A stretch of DNA of 59,706 nucleotides from Anaerolineae bacterium. Lineage in GTDB: Bacteria > Chloroflexota > Anaerolineae > DAOTYC01. The stretch lies in contig DAOTYC010000143.1 in NCBI GenBank assembly GCA_034435095.1, forward strand, positions 1 through 59,706, in the 5' to 3' direction. Under the pieces are notes generated by a model that saw nothing but the letters and a program-made list of their open reading frames with translations, did not search any database and was not told the origin of the DNA. Below, in pieces: positions 55,433-59,706 of this stretch. The position numbers and the translations under genes are program-made. How positions within the stretch are numbered: the stretch's first letter is position 1; each line of letters opens with the position of its first letter.

Positions 55433-56476
55433 ATGCCAAATACGTTAGACCTGGAATTGGGTGCCGTGGCTTACAAGGTGGTGCGCGACATCACGGCGGT
55501 GAAGCAGGGCGAGAGCGTCCTGATTACGGTTGATTCAGCCGGCTCGTGGACGGTCGCGGAGGAGCTGGCCAAGGCGGCTGAGTCGCTGGGGGCGAAGGTG
55601 ATGGTGGCGTACCACTCGACGCCAGTAGGTGTCGGCAAGGTGGCTGAACCGTACCTGCCCGACAGCCTGAAAGCGGCCATACCCAACACCGATGTCTGGC
55701 TCGAGCTGAACTGGCAGTGGCTGGGCTATTCCTCGCCCTACGAACAGGCGTTGGTGCCGCCCAACCGGGTGCGGTACATGTGCCTGTGCGGGCTGGACGT
55801 GGAGCGGATGGTGCGCTTTTTCAACGTTGACCTGGAAGCGCAAGATGCTTTTCAAAAGAAGGTCGTGGAGCTGACCAAACGGGCGCGCGAGATGCACATC
55901 ACCACGCCGGCCGGCACCGATGTACGCTTCGAGAACGACCCGCGGCGGCCGGTCATCAGCGAGCTGTGGTGTCACACGCCGGGCGCGCATTTCCCGCTGG
56001 GCCAGATCGCCTGGGCGCCCATCGAGAAGTCCATCAACGGCGTTATCGTCTTCGACGGCTCGTTCTATGCCGGCGGGCCGGCCGACCTGCCCTCACTGTC
56101 CGAGCCGATAGCCTTTCATGTGAGGGAGGGCGTCTGTGTGGAGATTACCGGCGGCGAGGAGGCCAAGATCGCCCGCCAGTGGCTGAATTCGCTGAACGAC
56201 CCGGGCATGTACCATGAAGCGCACATCTGCTACGGTTTCAATCCGGGGGCCAAACCCTCCGGCATCTGCGTCGAGGACGAGCGCATCTGGGGCGTCACCG
56301 AATGGGGCTTCGGCCACCAGGGCATCCAATTCAAGGCGGACGGCGTGTCGGCGGTCTCTCACCTGGACGGCATCTGCCTGAATTCCTCAGTCTGGCAGGA
56401 CGGTGAGCAGGTGCTCGATCGGGGTCAGGTGGTGCACCCGGAGCTGGTCGAGCTGGCGCGCAAATTAGGGAAGTAG
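55433..56476 (+). CDS. M29/aminopeptidase-T-fold metalloprotein with NicX-like His...HxD motif (paralog 2)
   Basis: Colinear with paralog 1: AHICYGFNP, EDERIWG, SHLDGI. Confidence 0.75.
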   Translation: MPNTLDLELGAVAYKVVRDITAVKQGESVLITVDSAGSWTVAEELAKAAESLGAKVMVAYHSTPVGVGKVAEPYLPDSLKAAIPNTDVWLELNWQWLGYSSPYEQALVPPNRVRYMCLCGLDVERMVRFFNVDLEAQDAFQKKVVELTKRAREMHITTPAGTDVRFENDPRRPVISELWCHTPGAHFPLGQIAWAPIEKSINGVIVFDGSFYAGGPADLPSLSEPIAFHVREGVCVEITGGEEAKIARQWLNSLNDPGMYHEAHICYGFNPGAKPSGICVEDERIWGVTEWGFGHQGIQFKADGVSAVSHLDGICLNSSVWQDGEQVLDRGQVVHPELVELARKLGK

Positions 56477-56549
56477 GCTGACAGGTTCTGGTCTGTGGCC
56501 CCTCTCCCAGCTTGGGAGAGGGGCGTTTTGTTGCCGTTCTGGCCGGTGG

Positions 56550-56915
56550 CAGGTGAGAACAGCGAATGCGCGGGATGTGACGGATTGGTAGGTCGGGTTT
56601 CCATACCCGACCCACTGGGTGCATCCGAAATTTAAGGGGGCAGACGCATACGGCGTTTTCCATAGCTGCCGAACGGTGCTGGCCGTCATTCTGAGCTCCC
56701 CCACGGCGCGTGGGCGCGCCGCTCATTGGGGAAGAAACGCCGCCCGCTCCCGTCATGCTGAGCCGAAGGCGAAGCATCTCGCGCTGGCGGGCGTTGAGAT
56801 TCTTCGGCGCTATCGCGCCTCAGAATGACGGGACAGGGTAGTTTCTTAGTAGCGAAGCGAAGAATCTCATTGCCCATCGTGGAATGAGATGCTTCGCTGC
56901 GCTCAGCATGACGTG
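56550..56915. repeat. REP-like mosaic
   Basis: GTAGGTCGGGTTTCCATACCCGAC (56588-611); CATTCTGAGCTCCCCCACGGCGCGTGGG module; GTCATGCTGAGCCGAAGGCGAAGCATCTCGCGCTGGC (also near 5700-5740); AGATGCTTCGCTGCGCTCAGCATGAC. Confidence 0.85.
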
Positions 56916-57019
56916 GTTGAGGCTTCTACTAACTCGCCTAAAATTCTGGATGCACCCCGACCTACTGCGGCTGTTTTGCCGGCGTCTGATTTTGAGTATA
57001 ATAACCGTCACATGGCCCT

Positions 57020-59428
57020 GTGAACCTGGAAAATCAGGCAGACCCACTCTTGGAGCAGTCCATGATCGGCAAAATTCTGGCCGGGCGATACAAAATATAT
57101 GATGAAGTGGGCAGCGGCGGACTGGCCACGGTCTACCTGGCACGCAACATCCAGACGAATCAGATCGTGGCGGTGAAGGTTCTGCACGCCCACACCGCCG
57201 CGGACGCCGACACGCGCGCCCGTTTCGAGCGCGAAGCCAGCCTGGCCCGCCAGTTGGACGACCCACACGTCGTGCGGGTGCTGGAGTTCGGCCAGGAGGG
57301 CGGTCAGCCTTTCCTGGTCATGGAGTTCGTCGAAGGCATCACGCTCAAGGCGTTCATCAAGGCCGCCGGCAGGCTGTCCGTGGAGCAGACCCTCTATATT
57401 GCGCGACAAATCGCTGAGGGGTTGAGCGCGATTCATCGCCGCGGCATCGTGCACCGGGACATCAAGCCGCAGAACGTGATGATCCGGCCCGACGGGCTGG
57501 CGAAGGTGATGGATTTCGGCATCGCCAAGTCGGCCGATACCAGCACGCTGACCGGCACCGGCCTGATGGTCGGGACGCCCTATTACATTGCTCCCGAACA
57601 GGCCCGCGGAGAAAAGGTTGACGAGCGGGCCGACCTGTACTCGCTGGGCGTGGTGATGTATGAGATGCTGACGGGACAGCTCCTTTTCTCCGGCGACAGT
57701 CCCATCACGGTGTTGATGAAGCACCTGAACGACCCGGTGCCGGCCGGCTGGGCTCAACTACACAACATCCCCCTGCCGTTAGCCAACCTGGTGAATCGCT
57801 GCCTGGCGAAAAAACCGGCCGAGCGGTTTCAGAACGCCGCTCAGCTCATCGCCGCCATAGACCAGGTCGCGCGCGAACAGAAAGTCGGGCTCGACATCGC
57901 ACCGGCCGTCGGCTCATTTGTCGCGGCTCAGAAAACCGCGCCCGATCACACCGCCGACCTGCTCAGCGAGACGCCGCCGCGCGTGGAGCGACTGATGCCG
58001 CATCCGCCGCAGCGGCCTGCGCCTGCGCCGCCGACCGTCCCGATCGCGGTCTACACGCCGCCGGCTGAGCCGGCCGAGCAGTCGAGCGGGCTGCCGTGGT
58101 TGACGCTGGGCGCGCTCATAGGCGTTGGCCTGTGTGTGATGGCGGTCATCGCTGCCCTGCTTTACGCCAAAGCGAACGGCAGCCTCGACCTGGCGTCGCT
58201 GTCGCGCAGGGCGACTGCGACAGTCCGTCTGTCGCCAGCGTCCACCCGCCTGGTTGGCGGAACGATGGTGCGCGTGGCCCCCACGGCCACGGCGACGGTC
58301 GGGGCTGCGTTGCAGACGCCCACTCCATTGCCGCCTCCACCGCAGCCCACCCTGCCGCCTTCGCCCGTTGTCGCGCCAACTCCGCTGCCGACTGTGGGCT
58401 TCATCATCTTGCAGGTTGAGCCGCCGCCACCGGGGGCCTGGACGGTTGTCCAGTGGCGCGACGCGCAGGGCAATTGGCATGACGTCGAAGGCTGGCGGCG
58501 TCCCCTGCAAATGGGAAAACAAGTCTGGGAGGTGTTTCCGTCTGAGTTTGGCAAGGGGCCATTTCGCTGGCTGGTGCTGGGCGGCCAAACTGGCCCCGTC
58601 CTGGGCGAAAGTTCGCCCTTCTTCCTGCCCGGCTCGGTCGGCCAGACCGTGCGCGTCAGCATCGGCCTGCCGTCGGCCAACCACCCGCCCGTTGTTCAAG
58701 CCATCTTTGCCGATGCGCCGCAGGTGGAGATCAACCGCTCGCTCAAACTGCGAGCAGTGACCTATGACCCCGATGGCGACCCGCTGAGCTATGCATGGAC
58801 GGCGGCCGTTGGCGTCGTGTCGGGCGCCGATATGGAAGCGGTGTACACCGCGCCGGGCGTCGCCGGCGTCTATCCCGTCTCGGTGGCTGTGACCGATGGC
58901 CGGGGCGGCCGCGCCGAACGCAGCCTGGCCGTGCAGGTCGTCCCGCCCGCCGCGCCGGCCGCTGCCCGGGAACCATCGGGCAAGTTTGGCAAAGTCTGGC
59001 ATGAGAACCCGCTGGTCGCCCAAAGAATCGGGCTGGCTCTGGAAGACGAACGCGCCCCGCAAATGGCCCGCCAGGAGTTCGAACGCGGCAAGATGCTGTA
59101 CGTCGGCGACAGTCAACACATCTTCCTGTTCACGCCTGACGGCCGCTGGCAGCGTTACGCCGACACCTGGGCAGCCGGACAGCCCGAGGATGACCCGACG
59201 CTCGTTCCACCGCCGGGCCTGTTCCAGCCGCGCTTCGGCTTCGGCAAGGTCTGGCGCGAGCAATTGCGGGGGACGCCGCTGGACCCCGGCTGGGCCAGGA
59301 CGCCCGAAGTGGGATACACAGGCGCGGCCATGCGTTTTGAACGTGGCTTGATGCTGTGGACCGATGAACGGCTGATCTACGTGCTGTCCGACGACGGCAT
59401 TTACCGTGTCTTACCGGACACGTTCTGA
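57020..59428 (+). CDS. Transmembrane Hanks-type Ser/Thr protein kinase with multi-domain ectodomain
   Basis: GSGGLATVY, VAVK, HRDIKPQN, DFG, APE intact; TM; Pro/Thr linker; DPDGDPLSYAW Ig/PKD-like domain; duplicated FGKVW...FERG.ML C-terminal motif. Confidence 0.95.
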   Translation: MNLENQADPLLEQSMIGKILAGRYKIYDEVGSGGLATVYLARNIQTNQIVAVKVLHAHTAADADTRARFEREASLARQLDDPHVVRVLEFGQEGGQPFLVMEFVEGITLKAFIKAAGRLSVEQTLYIARQIAEGLSAIHRRGIVHRDIKPQNVMIRPDGLAKVMDFGIAKSADTSTLTGTGLMVGTPYYIAPEQARGEKVDERADLYSLGVVMYEMLTGQLLFSGDSPITVLMKHLNDPVPAGWAQLHNIPLPLANLVNRCLAKKPAERFQNAAQLIAAIDQVAREQKVGLDIAPAVGSFVAAQKTAPDHTADLLSETPPRVERLMPHPPQRPAPAPPTVPIAVYTPPAEPAEQSSGLPWLTLGALIGVGLCVMAVIAALLYAKANGSLDLASLSRRATATVRLSPASTRLVGGTMVRVAPTATATVGAALQTPTPLPPPPQPTLPPSPVVAPTPLPTVGFIILQVEPPPPGAWTVVQWRDAQGNWHDVEGWRRPLQMGKQVWEVFPSEFGKGPFRWLVLGGQTGPVLGESSPFFLPGSVGQTVRVSIGLPSANHPPVVQAIFADAPQVEINRSLKLRAVTYDPDGDPLSYAWTAAVGVVSGADMEAVYTAPGVAGVYPVSVAVTDGRGGRAERSLAVQVVPPAAPAAAREPSGKFGKVWHENPLVAQRIGLALEDERAPQMARQEFERGKMLYVGDSQHIFLFTPDGRWQRYADTWAAGQPEDDPTLVPPPGLFQPRFGFGKVWREQLRGTPLDPGWARTPEVGYTGAAMRFERGLMLWTDERLIYVLSDDGIYRVLPDTF

Positions 59429-59706
59429 GCCTCCCCACGGCGCGTGGGGGCCGCCGCTCGTTGGGGAAGAAACACCGCTGGGTGTCATGGCCGGATCGTT
59501 TCTTAGTGGGCGCCGCCCGATTCCGTCATGCTGAGCGAAGCGAAGCATCTGCCGAAGGCGAAGCAATCTCCGGGTTGGCGGCTGTAGCATAGGGCCTTGT
59601 GCCCGTTACGCCCACAAGGGGCTATGCTACATTGCTTCGTCGCCCTGTGGGCGACTCGCAGGGCCTTGTGCCCGTTACGCCCACAAGGGGCTATGCTACA
59701 TTGCTT
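59422..59706. repeat. REP-like mosaic (continues past the window end)
   Basis: TTCTGAGC.CCCCACGGCGCGTGGG, GTCATGCTGAGCGAAGCGAAGCATCT, and GTAGCATAGGGCCTTGTGCCCGTTACGCCCACAAGGGGCTATGCTAC plus a partial second copy. Confidence 0.85.

Noticed and set aside
5412-59706. Autonomous mobile element responsible for the repeats
   Set aside because: No RAYT/IS200-like HUH or DDE transposase ORF is recognisable in the window.

Overview
High-GC bacterial chromosomal window. Gene content (Thr/Pro-rich secreted proteins, FHA/Nbr1-FW/CARDB membrane proteins, many GT-C glycosyltransferases, tungsten-type AOR, Hdr-like Fe-S protein) suggests an anaerobic Chloroflexota-like host; this is inference. No integrase, transposase or CRISPR-Cas is visible. 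Housekeeping genes: recJ, hpt, xth, tRNA-Gln(CTG), dgt, glgP, a plsC-like acyltransferase. Larger modules: (i) 6.1-19.0 kb, envelope glycosylation cluster with two B12-binding radical SAM paralogs, a GT2, a UPF0104 flippase-like protein, an HD hydrolase and four GT-C enzymes; (ii) aor behind a ~360-nt structured leader; (iii) hicB plus truncated hicA, then a perfect sigma70 promoter driving a gene-free ~300-nt region whose 5' and 3' ends pair and which ends in a T-tract (best candidate for a novel ncRNA); (iv) two FHA-TM-ectodomain paralogs, a pseudokinase and an intact Hanks kinase; (v) 42.9-56.5 kb, PucR-family regulator divergent from a DUF917 / M20 / nitroreductase / DUF6092 / Dpp-type ABC / 2x M29-fold catabolic operon whose M29-fold proteins show a NicX-like His...HxD pattern. 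Intergenic space is filled with modular REP-like palindromic mosaics, including a spacer-free 7x21-bp tandem array. All family assignments come from motif recognition by eye; no database search or folding program was run.
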